Shown: one piece after another, positions 14,048-26,969 of the stretch
Numbering within the stretch: the stretch's first letter is position 1
Layout of the letters: each line of letters begins with the position of its first letter
Origin: Schmidtea polychroa
Lineage: Eukaryota
Length of the DNA: 64,000 nucleotides
NCBI GenBank assembly: GCA_044892525.1
Contig: CM097885.1
Location: 81,654,001 to 81,718,000, forward strand
Reading direction: 5' to 3'
The notes under the pieces: generated by a model
Told to the model about the DNA's origin: nothing
The model's database searches: none
Seen by the model: the letters and a program-made list of their open reading frames with translations, nothing else
Position numbers and translations under genes: made by a program

Positions 14048-15112
14048 AATTATCATTTTATTGTTTTAAATAATAAATGCTGCNNNNNNNNNNNNNNNNN
14101 NNNNNNNNNNNNNNNNNNNNNNNNNNNNNNNNNNNNNNNNNNNNNNNNNNNNNNNNNNNNNNNNNNNNNNNNNNNNNNNNNNNNNNNNNNNNNNNNNNNN
14201 NNNNNNNNNNNNNNNNNNNNNNNNNNNNNNNNNNNNNNNNNNNNNNNNNNNNNNNNNNNNNNNNNNNNNNCTATTAAATCAATATTAAAACACTTATAAT
14301 AAAAAGATTTAGTAGGCGAAAATGGCCAAAGGAAAGAAATTACTAATTCAAATTGGAAGAGATTAATATTTTTGTTAATTAAAAAGAAAATTAAATACAA
14401 CTATTAATTTACAGTTGGAAATATTTATAAACGTGTTTTTGTTTGATTTAATTAAGTTAATTTATTGAAAATTTAAATGAAAATATTTTAAAAATTTTGA
14501 TTTTAATATTCAGTTTAAAATATATTTTAATTTTGAGGATTGCCAGCACAAAATTTTTAAATTGTTTTCTATAATTTTCAATTTTTCGATAAGCTTCCAA
14601 CGAATAATATTTGAAGTTATATTTGTAAGCCTATCAACACTTTCATGTACAAATGATATCGCGTACATTTATTTGCCATAATTATTTTTCCATAAGTTCT
14701 TTTCATATATTTTAATATTGATAATGCAGATTTCATCGCTTTTATTGCCAAGAGATGCCGCTCATGTCCTGTTGTCACGTTATAATTGTTAACTTCTAGA
14801 AGTCATGTTCTGCTTTATGAATAAATATTTTTCCCAATAGACTTCTTATTCACGTATGTACAGTTTAAAATAAAATATTAGGATTATTAAAATCCAAAAG
14901 AGGTGTAATTAAATGAGGCATAGTTTTGACTAGTATTAAACTTATGGCAATGCCGAACCTCATGAAATAAAATTTATATGGGAAAAATAAATGTTCTTGA
15001 CTGAGAAGTTTTGCAATATTTATCATATAGTTAATATTTGGTACATCACATGTTTATCTGTTTTAGTATATGCTATGGAAGCATTTTTAAATCAGAGAAA
15101 ATGAGTGATGAC

Positions 15113-15171
<59 letters not shown>

Positions 15172-15187
15172 TAATAATAATAATAAT
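15113..15187. repeat. (TAA)n microsatellite
   Basis: Direct inspection. Confidence 0.95.
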
Positions 15188-15220
15188 TACTTAAATAAAC
15201 ACGGAAAAGACTATTAATAA

Positions 15221-16458
15221 AAATCGCCATCTTTTTCATTATATATTTCGATAGCATTATTATCATCATCAGGTTACCTACATTCACTAGGGATGAATAA
15301 CTATAAAATATTGATAATTTATAAACAAATTATTAAATCTATAAAATTTATAAATTATAAATAACAATTTTAAATAATTATTTTCAAAAATCATTGCTAA
15401 CAAACAATTATTTTAAAAATTCTTTAAACAAATATTATTTTAATTATTTTTTTAATTATTTAACATAACTATTATTCAATATACATTAACATATACATCA
15501 ACAACGAGATCCGAACACCATCCAATATTAGTATTGATACTAGCAAACAAGATAAGTCAAAATATACGTTGGTATTGCCGTATTCGGAAGGATATAAAAA
15601 TTTCAAAACGAAAGATAGGTAAACAGCTGGGTAAAGTTAATTATAAAATTGTTTCAAAATCGTGCAAAATACGTAGTATGTTTGTTAGTAAATCTCAAAC
15701 ACCAGTTGGATTGTGTTCGGATCTCGTTTATCAATTCACATGTAATGGGTGTAATGCCACATACATTGGAGAGACATCCCGTCTTCTCTGTACTCGAGTG
15801 CAAGAACATTGTCGACCGAAGGGAGTGTCCAATAATTAAGGATCATAATAAATTTTGTGTGAGAGAATTACGAATGTCGGATTTTAAAATCTTATCAAAA
15901 AATTTTCATAATTGTTTTGAGCGTGTGATATGTGAAGCATTATTGATAAGAACTTTTAATCCTAAAATCAATGTGCAGGATGCAGTGAATACGTGTGTGT
16001 TGAATGTTTTTAATTAAATTTTTGTATGTTGATGTATAAATAATAATAAAACAATAAAATGATAATTTAAGCCTTTTGCTGCAAATAATGTATTTAATGA
16101 AAAACTTTTCGACTATATGATAGTCATTGTCAATCTCCATTTTAAATAATAAATGCTGCTACCAAGAAATCATCACTTTATATTGTATAATAGTTATGTT
16201 CAATAATTAAAAAAATAATTAAAACAATATTTGTTTAAAGAATTTTTAAAAGTGAAAAATAATTGTTTGTTGGAAATGATTTTTGAAAATAATTATTTAA
16301 AATTGTTATTTATAATTTAAAAATTTTATAGATTTAATAAATTGTTTATAAATTATCAATATGTTATAGTTACTCATCCCCAGTGAATGTAGCTAACCTG
16401 ATGATGATAATAATGCTATCGAAATTTATAGTGAAAAAGATGTACAAATTGCGATTTT
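15221..16458 (+). mobile_element. 5'-truncated Penelope-like element with ~250-bp inverted flanking repeats
   Basis: 15221-15471 is the approximate reverse complement of 16191-16458, flanking a GIY-YIG fragment. Confidence 0.7.
15534..16017 (+). pseudogene. Penelope-type GIY-YIG endonuclease C-terminus (frameshifted)
   Basis: LVYQFTCNGCNATYIGETSRLLCTRVQEH, then DFKILS...ERVICEALLIRTFNPKINVQ in a second frame. Confidence 0.82.
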
Positions 16459-19355
16459 TAATAATACTAATAATAATAATGCTAGGTATTAATCTTATAT
16501 CAATTTTATATTAATTGTCATTTTATAAAGCCTTCAAAAATTAGAGAAAAATATACTAGCCGTGTGATTGCATTGTTTTAATTTTATTCTTTTGAAGATT
16601 CACAGGAAGTCCGACCAAAGGGGTGATTCGTGTTGATACATAGGCTGACCATTTTGTATTGTTCAAGTTTATTAAAACAGCGATTCAATTGAAAATATAA
16701 ATAATTTCCTCTTTAAAGAATCTCGCAGATGTCACGCATTGTAGATTTATATATAAAGTTGAAAAAGATTGGTGAGACTGAAATAAATCGGGGTTCTTCA
16801 TTTAAAGTTTAAGACTTTTCCCTACTGCCCTTTTATTGTAAAAATTTGGTATTTAATTTGGAATTAATATTTAATGTAAAAGTTTTGTTAAAATAATCCA
16901 CTGCCAACTATATTTGAACAGGGATTGAGTTTGTGTTTAATTAAACTAATTAATTAATAATATGCTTCATTAATTTTTTTCTGGTAAATTGATTCTCAAA
17001 ATCAAATAATTCTCTATTTTCAAATTTTTTCAAATTTTTTAAACTCAGTTTATTTTAATTTTCAACATTTTTAAATTTTAATAAATTTGTTACGCAATTT
17101 NNNNNNNNNNNNNNNNNNNNNNNNNNNNNNNNNNNNNNNNNNNNNNNNNNNNNNNNNNNNNNNNNNNNNNNNNNNNNNNNNNNNNNNNNNNNNNNNNNNN
17201 NNNNNNNNNNNNNNNNNNNNNNNNNNNNNNNNNNNNNNNNNNNNNNNNNNNNNNNNNNNNNNNNNNNNNNNNNNNNNNNNNNNNNNNNNNNNNNTAAATC
17301 CAAACGCTCCAAAATTGTCATTAACTCTTTATAAAATGAGTTGTTGACAATAGATTCAATGTTAAAAATACTTTTTGTGGCGACAAAAATCCCCGTTTTT
17401 ACCCAATCAAATTCGTGCCGCAATTTATAAAAACTATCGATTTTTCTCTACTATATTTTGTGATAATTTATCACAACTTTTCATTCCTAATAAATAATAG
17501 ACATTTAAAAAAAGAAAAAATTGTGTAATTGTTTTAAAAAATACATTTATCACTTTTTAAAAAAATAATAAAAATCAACCATAAAAAACATGGTTTTTGA
17601 AGCTATCTATATTTCAATCTCTTAATTTCAACATATTGTAGATATAATTACGTTATTTCTTTAATCCAAAGTTATTGAATATATAGGAATTTATATTGAA
17701 ATAAGGAAATAACACTAGATTTGACATATCAATATTTTTAAAATTAACCCACTTTCCGTAATCGGATCGATCTGAAATTTTCATAGTATGTTGAGTTCTT
17801 GACAACGAATTTACATGCGAAATTTCAGCTCAATCCGACTACGGTTAATTTAGTCAAGTAGGTTAATTTGACCTCACAAGATTTGTGCGAAGTTTGAGAG
17901 AGTAAAATATAGATAATTTTCGAACAATTATCATAAAATGAAAATCTTTTAGAAAATAATTAAAAATAATAAATTAATTAAAATCATGTATGATTGATAT
18001 TTTNNNNNNNNNNNNNNNNNNNNNNNNNNNNNNNNNNNNNNNNNNNNNNNNNNNNNNNNNNNNNNNNNNNNNNNNNNNNNNNNNNNNNNNNNNNNNNNNN
18101 NNNNNNNNNNNNNNNNNNNNNNNNNNNNNNNNNNNNNNNNNNNNNNNNNNNNNTGGATGTCTTGATGTCAATTATATCGACTTGTCAAAGATTGCGTATT
18201 TATTAATACATGATTATTTGACATGAAACATTGTACAAACTTTACAATAACTTTTAATTTTATTCGACAATATAACATTTTTATTGAAATATTATCTGAA
18301 ATTAATATCTAATTTAATCATACATTTATTTTCAAACATTACACTCATTGAAATATTAAAAACTATTTTCATTAAATTTAATTTCTTGATTCAAAATTCT
18401 GTCTAATAACTTGCATTTTTAATCGATAGTATGATATTTTTATTGCAATATTTTCTGAAAATTGATTTTTCTATATCGAATGATGTCATCAAAGCATAAC
18501 AATGTCACTGACAGATTACTGAAAATCTAAAAAAAAACAAAAGGCTGATAAAATTTTATGAGGTTATTGCAAATAATTACGATAGCTTTTAGTATAATTT
18601 TTGATTTTAGGATTAATAAATATAATAATTATACTCTCAGAATTTGAAATCATTTTTTCTAACAACTGGAAAATGATAAAAATAGAAATCTGAGAAAACA
18701 TTTCGACGTATTTGTCTTTATTGTTAAACTTCGTGACAAATGAGAAAACAAATTTGCAAATTCATCATGATTCGTTTAAGTTGTTTCTTGCGAAGATTAA
18801 TATTTATCTCAACATTTATCGGCCTTCGGATGTAATTTCTTTTGTCGACGAGAAACAGTCATAAAATTTGGGAAATGTCATGCTTTATATTTTTTGTTTA
18901 ACTCATCCATTTTTGTAACTAATGGTCAGTTTCTGTTAATACGGAAGGGCTAAAACTATTTTATATTCAAAAAGTCATATTAAAAATGAAACATTAATTT
19001 ACACAAGTCAGAAACATGGAGGCTATTCATAGATCGAAGGACATATGTTTACAGTTTATATTTGAAGAAAATGTTAAATAACACTTGATTAAGGCANNNN
19101 NNNNNNNNNNNNNNNNNNNNNNNNNNNNNNNNNNNNNNNNNNNNNNNNNNNNNNNNNNNNNNNNNNNNNNNNNNNNNNNNNNNNNNNNNNNNNNNNNNNN
19201 NNNNNNNNNNNNNNNNNNNNNNNNNNNNNNNNNNNNNNNNNNNAAATTATGATATTTCCAAAGTTTTTAATTTATAATTTAAAAATGTTTTGTATTTAAT
19301 GCTTTTTGTTATTTCCCAATATGAAAACCCCTGTGGATATTAATGACTGCCCTTA

Positions 19356-19868
19356 AGTAGGTAGAAGTGTGCCACCGATGCTTAATTGTGAGCTCACAAC
19401 AATATGGGTCATCCAAAAGCGATGACTCATCATCCATTATAAATTTGTTCTTTCAGAACAAAGTCCATGAGTCATAGCATTCGTCATAAGAAGGTGAGGG
19501 TCATTGAGACAAAAACAATATTCTCAAGTCAAAAATAATTTTTTTTAAATGATCGCAATCGTATATTATCTATTTGGCTTCTTTTTTCAAAACGGGTATT
19601 TGATGATAAATTTTCAAAATATTTTAAAACAGCCATAATTCCTGGAAAATTTAAAAACTTTTAATAGTGGTAGGGAGGGGATTCTTTGTCTAAAAGCATA
19701 GAAAAATGTTTGAATGTTTTCTAAAATTTTGGCTGTTTTAAAATACTTAGAAAATTTAATTAAAAATGATTTACTCAATGACCTTGACCTACTTATGACT
19801 AATACTATGACTCATTGGGGAAATTGAAGTCATGATGAATCATCACAGGCTCACTTCTACCTACTCCC
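19356..19868. mobile_element. Degenerate MITE with long imperfect TIRs (superfamily uncertain)
   Basis: AGTAGGTAGAAGTG at 19356 is inverted at about 19852-19865; 19467-19508 is inverted at about 19774-19817. Confidence 0.45.
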
Positions 19869-21649
19869 TTATATGTTTTATTATAAAAACCTTTGTTTGT
19901 GTCATTCTAAGTTTAGTTTATTTTTCATATTCTTATTTATTCTACTAATTTTGTATTTGTTTACTATATATGAAAATCAAACTACACCAAAGTGCAAAAA
20001 TTATGGTCAACAAAGACAAATAATATAGGTAGATAGTTATATTTTTTATTAAATTTACATTTTTCAAAAGTTTTAAAAATAAATTTAATCTTTTATGTTA
20101 GTAATATTTTTTTTAATTAAAATTTCGTATTTATCATTTCAGGTCATTTAGGATATATTTTCTGAAAGCAGTCAGATTAATTAAATTATTATTTAAATAC
20201 ATTGTGGAAGCTAATATAAAAAATGAATATATATAAAATTAAAGTCTTTTCAATTACAAATAATTTCATGAAATTTTTATATATAAATATTTTTTATATA
20301 AGTCTCTGAGTATCAAAACATAATTAACTTTACACTAAATATTTGACTAATAAATTACGTTTTTCGATACTTTCCTATATTTCGCATAATTTCCAGCAAT
20401 TTATCATCATTTCCAAAATTTCTAAATGTTTTTGTAATAAATGATAATTTACATTTCTCACCTTTGCTTCTCTAATATTCGTGAAAAGTTGGAATGTGAT
20501 AAAACGCTAGAAAACCATCAAATAGAATATTTTTAATTATTAAGAAATTCAAATGATCGCTGTCCATAATATTTGTTGGTCTGTGAGTGTTTTTATTATA
20601 GAGTTGTTGTGTGTAGTGTATGAGTGTTTGTATTTTATTTTTCTCACCAAAATTGTTTTTCAGCTTTTTATAGTGCCTGCAATTTATACCAACGCCCTTA
20701 ATAGTTGTCCTTATTTTAAATAAGCTTGTTTATTTTTTCCATATATAAATTAGCACTTGCCATACTTTTGATCTTGCACAACACGCTGTTTATACATAAA
20801 TTCGATAGATACCGACTGAATATTTCATTTAACCTGCCATTTACGTAATACCTCTTTTCCAAATATAAAAAAATTTTGCAGTGGAATCAACTGAGAGAAT
20901 AACATAATTTTAATAAACCTTACTTATAAAGATTTCATAATTACATAAATATGTCAATAAAGGAAATATTCCCAATTGCTACAACGAATATTAAAACGGA
21001 AACTTGCGAAGACTTTACCGTCATTTACGGAAGGATGCATGATTGGCGTTGTGACGTATGATGCTTATAATTTATTACAATATTTACCGTAAAAACTATT
21101 TTGAATTAGATAATTAATTAAATTATTAATTAACAAAAATTCTGGACCATTTATTCACATCCGTCAGTTCATAAATTCCCATTCATTAAAATAATTATTA
21201 ATGTTTCAATTGTTTGAAAATTGAAAATATAAATAAAACATTTATCAATTGTCCAATGAAAATGCGACTGGAAAAGCGTAAAAATAATCCCGATTAATTT
21301 GGAAATTAATTACCGATTCTTCCCAACAGTTGGGAGATTCGATGGGAACATTGTCGAGGGGAGAGTCAACTGTGAACAAATTTCATCAATAGCAATAGAA
21401 AATTAACACAATCACTGAAAAAATTCCCAAAAAAGTTAATAAAAATTATAATTAATATTTATTCTATTTTGTAGTGGATTATATTAGAAATTACCCACTC
21501 TTGTCAATTGTTTGGTGGTTATGAATGAGTTCTATGACAAGAGGGGAAATATTTTTCAAATTTTTTTAGATGAATAGCTTTTGTTTTAATTGATAATAAA
21601 AGTTAAATTAAATTAAATTAAATTTCTAATAATTTTCTTGCTATTTCAG

Positions 21650-21748
21650 ACACAGAATAAGAGAAATGCATTCCTTTACAACAAGGAACTCATCAGTAGT
21701 TTATGGAGGCTGGAACAAATTTACAAACAATTTAAAAAAGTCGGCTAA
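21650..21748 (+). CDS. Candidate terminal exon (phase 0): TQNKRNAFLYNKELISSLWRLEQIYKQFKKVG*
   Basis: Strong acceptor TTTTCTTGCTATTTCAG ending at 21649; open to TAA in phase 0; KR dibasic site and terminal Gly. Confidence 0.35.
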   Translation, partial: TQNKRNAFLYNKELISSLWRLEQIYKQFKKVG

Positions 21749-22360
21749 ATTTAGTTGCTTAAATTTGCAAAATATAAATTTGTTGATATTTGTCGTTCTT
21801 CNNNNNNNNNNNNNNNNNNNNNNNNNNNNNNNNNNNNNNNNNNNNNNNNNNNNNNNNNNNNNNNNNNNNNNNNNNNNNNNNNNNNNNNNNNNNNNNNNNN
21901 NNNNNNNNNNNNNNNNNNNNNNNNNNNNNNNNNNNNNNNNNNNNNNNNNNNNNNNNNNNNNNNNNNNNNNNNNNNNNNNNNNNNNNNNNNNNNNNNNNNN
22001 NNNNNNNNNNNNNNNNNNNNNNNNNNNNNNNNNNNAAGAATGGAAAATTAAATGATTAATTAATAAAATTGAAAATTTTCAACTTTTAATTTTTAAATAA
22101 AGATTTATGTTTTCTAAATAGAGATATTTTCTAAAGGAAAATTATTCCTATTATACTACAGAGATTATATCATAAATTAATTAATTGTTTTGATCAAACA
22201 TGACAAAAGAAAACTTTTTATCTCGAATGTAGAGTTAATTAATTCAGTTTATTTATGTCATTTTATCATTTGATGGCATTGAGAACTTGATTCTTTGATA
22301 GAGTCAAAAAATTCCCTACTTCTGCCAAATTGTTTATATATTTTTAATGTAATATAAATC

Positions 22361-22361
<1 letters not shown>

Positions 22362-22402
<41 letters not shown>
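22362..22402. repeat. (AAT)n microsatellite
   Basis: Direct inspection. Confidence 0.95.
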
Positions 22403-22424
<22 letters not shown>

Positions 22425-22590
22425 TGGAAGTAATTAAATAGAATTAGTATTTAATTTCCACATTTAAGTAGATTTAAATAATACAATAAAAGTAGATAAT
22501 AAAATTATAAATTAAAATAATAAATTAAATATATTTAAGAATGATTGAAAATTAAAATATAAAATATTTATTGAATGCTTGTGTACGAAT

Positions 22591-23257
22591 CAGTGGCGGA
22601 TTTAGATTTTGATGCATGGGGGGTGAGGAAAATTTTCAGGGGGCGCCACAAATTATGAAGATGGTACTACTTATTTTCGCGAGTATTGAGTGAATACTAA
22701 TATTGTTAAAAAGCATTATATTCAGTAAATTTATTCTAGTAAATTTATTGATGTAACAAACATACAAGTTTATTTATTATTTAAATTGCTTCCTGCGTGA
22801 TTTCATTGAAGCAAAACGATTTATAGTCGATTCAAAGTCAATGTTCTCAGCCAGTTCGCGTTCTATTGAAATTAATGCTAATCCAGACAGACGTTCGTTT
22901 GTCATTGTTGATCGCAAATAATTTTTCTTTCAGCAGTAGCAGATGTAACAGGAATGGTCAAGTATATTTTATAGAGAATTGCCAAATTGGGAAGTCCTGG
23001 CGCCATCTGTTTTTCAACCAAGAAAGGCAGCACCTCTTTAAGTTGTAGTTCACAAGATAGTAATTGGCATATTGATGCATACACGTATTTGAAAGTATCA
23101 TATTCTAGGATTGCTTCTTCAATATTAATACCGGTTTTGTAAATGTCTCATAAATTTTGAAAAGATTCTTTATTTTCTTCTGATATTTGTGATGGATCAA
23201 GACAGGAGAATAAAGCAACAGTGTTATGAAAATCATTAAAACGTTCATCTAGTTGCG
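22591..23257 (-). mobile_element. hAT 3' end relic (ZMYM1-like transposase dimerisation domain plus terminus)
   Basis: Minus strand reads LDTLVTQLDERF...LPNLAILYKIYLTIPVTSATAER...ERLSGLALISIERE...RFASMKSRRKQFK*; terminus CAGTGGCGGATTTAG at 22591. Confidence 0.8.
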
Positions 23258-23319
23258 TTACAAGTGTATCCAAGACAGTGAAATACGTTTAACATTTAAA
23301 GTGTGTAGTTGGATTATCA

Positions 23320-26300
23320 ATGAACGTGTCACATAGCGGACATATAAGTAGGAATTGTCCAGATAAAAAAGTGCCAAAATGTTTTGGTTGTGGGAAAGAA
23401 GGTCATATAAGAAGGTTATATCAAGAAATACGGTGTAAAAAATGCAACAGAAATGGTCAAAGATCTGAAGAATGTTATACAAAGTCGAGTTACTAGAAAA
23501 AAATAGAAAAACAAAGACCAAAAGGAAACAGATACAGCCGGATTAATGGAATCGAAGAAGAAGAGAAAATGGAATTGTGCGTAGAGACAAATGAAGATAG
23601 TTTTAGTAGGACGTACCCAAACAACAGGGCTCCACCAGTAGAGGAGTTGGTTGGAGCCATATACTAACAGAAAAGTGGATGTAATATCCTCAAGGGGTAG
23701 AAAAGTGGGAGAATGTAGGAAGGGTAAGTGAGAAAGTATACAGGTCCCTAAGGAGAGAAAAGTTTGAAGAGGAAGTGGAAAGAATTGGAACAATTGAAAC
23801 GGGGCAGGAGGTAGAAATTGTGTATAACAAGCTACAGTTAAGACCCAGTGTAACAGTAATGATGAATGGGGAAATTTTCGACTGTTTATTAGACACCGGA
23901 GCACGAATAAACGTAATGAGTGTGAACTGTTTTAACAAGTTATGAGGATAACAATTGATGAGAAGCGAAGATAAGGTACGGTGTGCAAACGAAAGTACGA
24001 TAGAGACAATTGGAAGAACAAAGGTTAAAGTAACTATCGGAGATATTTCTAAGGAAGTTAGATTCATTGTGCTTGCGAAAGTGACACCAGAGGTGATTGG
24101 AGGAGTAGAATTACAAGAAGCATTTGGATATAGGCTGGTAAAAAAGAAAGATATCGAATCTAGTGAAAGAGACAAGAACTATATTTGTAACATTGAAGCA
24201 AAATTCGGCAGACAAATAAAGGATGGAGAAAAATTGAAGCGAGTGTTGGAAAATCTAAAGATTAATGAGGATAGCAAATTAAAGGAAATAATAACGAACA
24301 GTGAAAACGTGTTTATGGCTGATAAATGGGATGTGGGTCGAACGCATTTAGTAAAACTTAAGATAATTACAAGAGGTGAACCGATAAACATAAAACTATA
24401 TCGTCAACCATTGAATTTGGAAACAAAAATTGAAGAAGCAATACAAAATTTGTACGAAAATGGGATTATACGGAAATGCAAATCCCCATGGAACACGCCG
24501 TTAATCTGCGTATGGAAAAAGGGAAAAAGATATTAGGCTATGCTTGGATTTTAGACAGATGAATGCAGTAAAAGAGAGGCAGGCATTCCCAATGCCAAAC
24601 ATAGACGAGATGTCAGATTTGTTAGGATGGTCCGTTTATTTTAGCTCAATCGATCTTGGTAATGCATATTACCAAATTGGAGTTAGACGAAGAAGCGCAA
24701 GAGAAAACAGCTTCAACAAGGAAAGGACAATACTGTTTCAATAGAATGTCGTTCGGAATTGCTGCAGCACCAGATACGTTCCAGGAAATGATGACAAAGG
24801 TAATAGGCAAAATAAATGGAGCAATGGTGTATTTGGATGACATTCTGATTTATTCGAATAGTAAATAAAAACATTATACAATACTCAGTGAAGTATTAAA
24901 AGCGATCGATGATGCAGGACTAAAAATTAACCCACAAAAGTGTCAAATAATACAGAAAGAAATCAGATTCTTAGGGCACATAATCAGCAAAGAAGGAGTA
25001 CAGACCGATCCTTCTAAGATTCATGCTATACAAAACTTTTGGAAGAAAAGTTGCGTAAAGAAACTTCGAAGCTTTTTAGGCATTTGCAATTATTATAGAA
25101 GATTCATTAGTGAGTATGCAAAGAAAGCAAGGATTTTAGAACAATTATGTAGTGGTCCGAGTAACAAAAGACTGGAATGGACTGATGGAACGAATAACGT
25201 ATTCGAGGGATTGAAGTTTGCACTCAAAACGCCACCGATCCTATGCTTTCCGGATCTGAGAAAGGAGTTCATTTTAGATACTGATGCCAGTTTTGATATC
25301 ATTGGAGCAGTGCTTTCACAAAAAGATAAAGATGGAAAGTAACTGCGTATGGATCACACTCGATGACGAGCCATGAAAAAGGATATTACATTACAAGGAA
25401 AGAACTATTGGCGGTATACTATTTTTGTATTCATTTTAAGCACTATCTCTACAGAAGGAGATTCACGCTAAGGACAGACCACAAGGCAATCAAGTTTATG
25501 ATGACAACCAAGAAGCCAATTACTTCACAATTCCAAACCTGGATCAATTATTTAAGCAGTTTGGATATAATCGTTGAATATAGAAAGAGTGTTAATCACC
25601 AAAATGCAGACATGGTGTCCAGAACTAAATGTGACACGTGTGTTCAATGTCAAATGGCTCACGAAGAAGCCAAGAAAGGAAAGATAAAAACTAGATTACT
25701 AGACTCGATCAGAGAAGAAGGTAGAAGCACCAATCAACAAATAAATTTGGAAGAAGAATTGCGAAAGAAAACAATGATATCTGCAAGAAACCATAAAGGA
25801 AATACATACACTATTGTGTCATGCTGGAGTCGAGAAGATAGCTGACTATATGAAAGAAGGATATATTGGGAAAAATCTGTGGAGTCAGATTCAGGAAACT
25901 ATTCGAAGTTGTGAGACTTGTCAGAAAACCAAGGCTATATAACAATTACAAAGAAGAAACCAGTAAAAAACTAGAATCAACCGAAATGTTCGGAATTATA
26001 TTCGTGGATATATGTGGACCAATGCAAGAAACAAAAGGACGTAAGAAGTATATATTGCGTATAATAGACCAGTATAGTAAGTATCAAGTCTTGACAGCTA
26101 TAACAAGACAAGACGAGGAAACAATAAAGAAAACGATTTTAGAAAAATGGATTTTAAGAATTGGGTGCCCAAAGGAGATAATAGTTGATTGTGGGAAGGC
26201 GTTTGAATCAGGAATGTTGAGAGAATTCACAAAGAAACTTGATATTAAGTTAAGTTTTTCGAGTCTATATCATCAGCATAAAAATGGACAGATAGAAAGG

Positions 26301-26969
26301 CAATTCAGGACAATACGAGAGCTGATAAATGCTACTTTACGAGACAGAAAGAAGACGAATTGGGCAGAGATACTACCAGAAGTCGAATTTACATTAAATG
26401 CAACCAAACACAAAACGACAGGAAAAAGCCCGGCAGAGATAGTTTTTGGAAAAAGGATTAGCAGGGGAAAATGGTACGGGTCAAAGGAAAAACTGGTAAA
26501 GGAAGAACAAGAAGAACAAACAAGAAGGAAATTCAATATAGGAGAAGAGGTGTTAGTAAAATTAGAAACACACAACAAAAGCCAGAACAGATATGAGGCA
26601 CTATATAAAGTAATCGAGAAAGTGCATGACAGACGATATATCTTAATTAACAAGAATGGTAAAAGGATTGAAAGAAACGTGTAAAAACTTAAAAAATTTC
26701 TTAAGGAGGGGATATAGGAAGTTGATAGATTTTTAAAGATTTAATTAGAAATTTTGTTAAATTTAAAAAATATTTTTATTAAAAAAATATTTTAAAAAGA
26801 AGACTGAAATTGAGCATTTTTAAAAAATATTTTTATCGAAAAATATTTTAAAAGGAAAATTGAAATTTGTTTAAATAACAAAAAAATAAGGAAGACAAGT
26901 ATTTGAGTGTAAAATTTATTGAATAAAATTTATGGAATTATTTAGTGATTTGGAACCAGCTGTTAATAT
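23320..26969 (+). mobile_element. Decayed Ty3/Gypsy LTR retrotransposon (5'-truncated; 3' LTR runs into N gap)
   Basis: Gag knuckles (CFGCGKEGHIR), protease LLDTGA (~23885), RT SPWNTP/DLGNAYYQI/YLDD, RNase H, integrase DICGP/DCG/NGQIER. Many stops and frameshifts. PPT AAGGAGGGGGA at 26703-26713. Confidence 0.9.
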
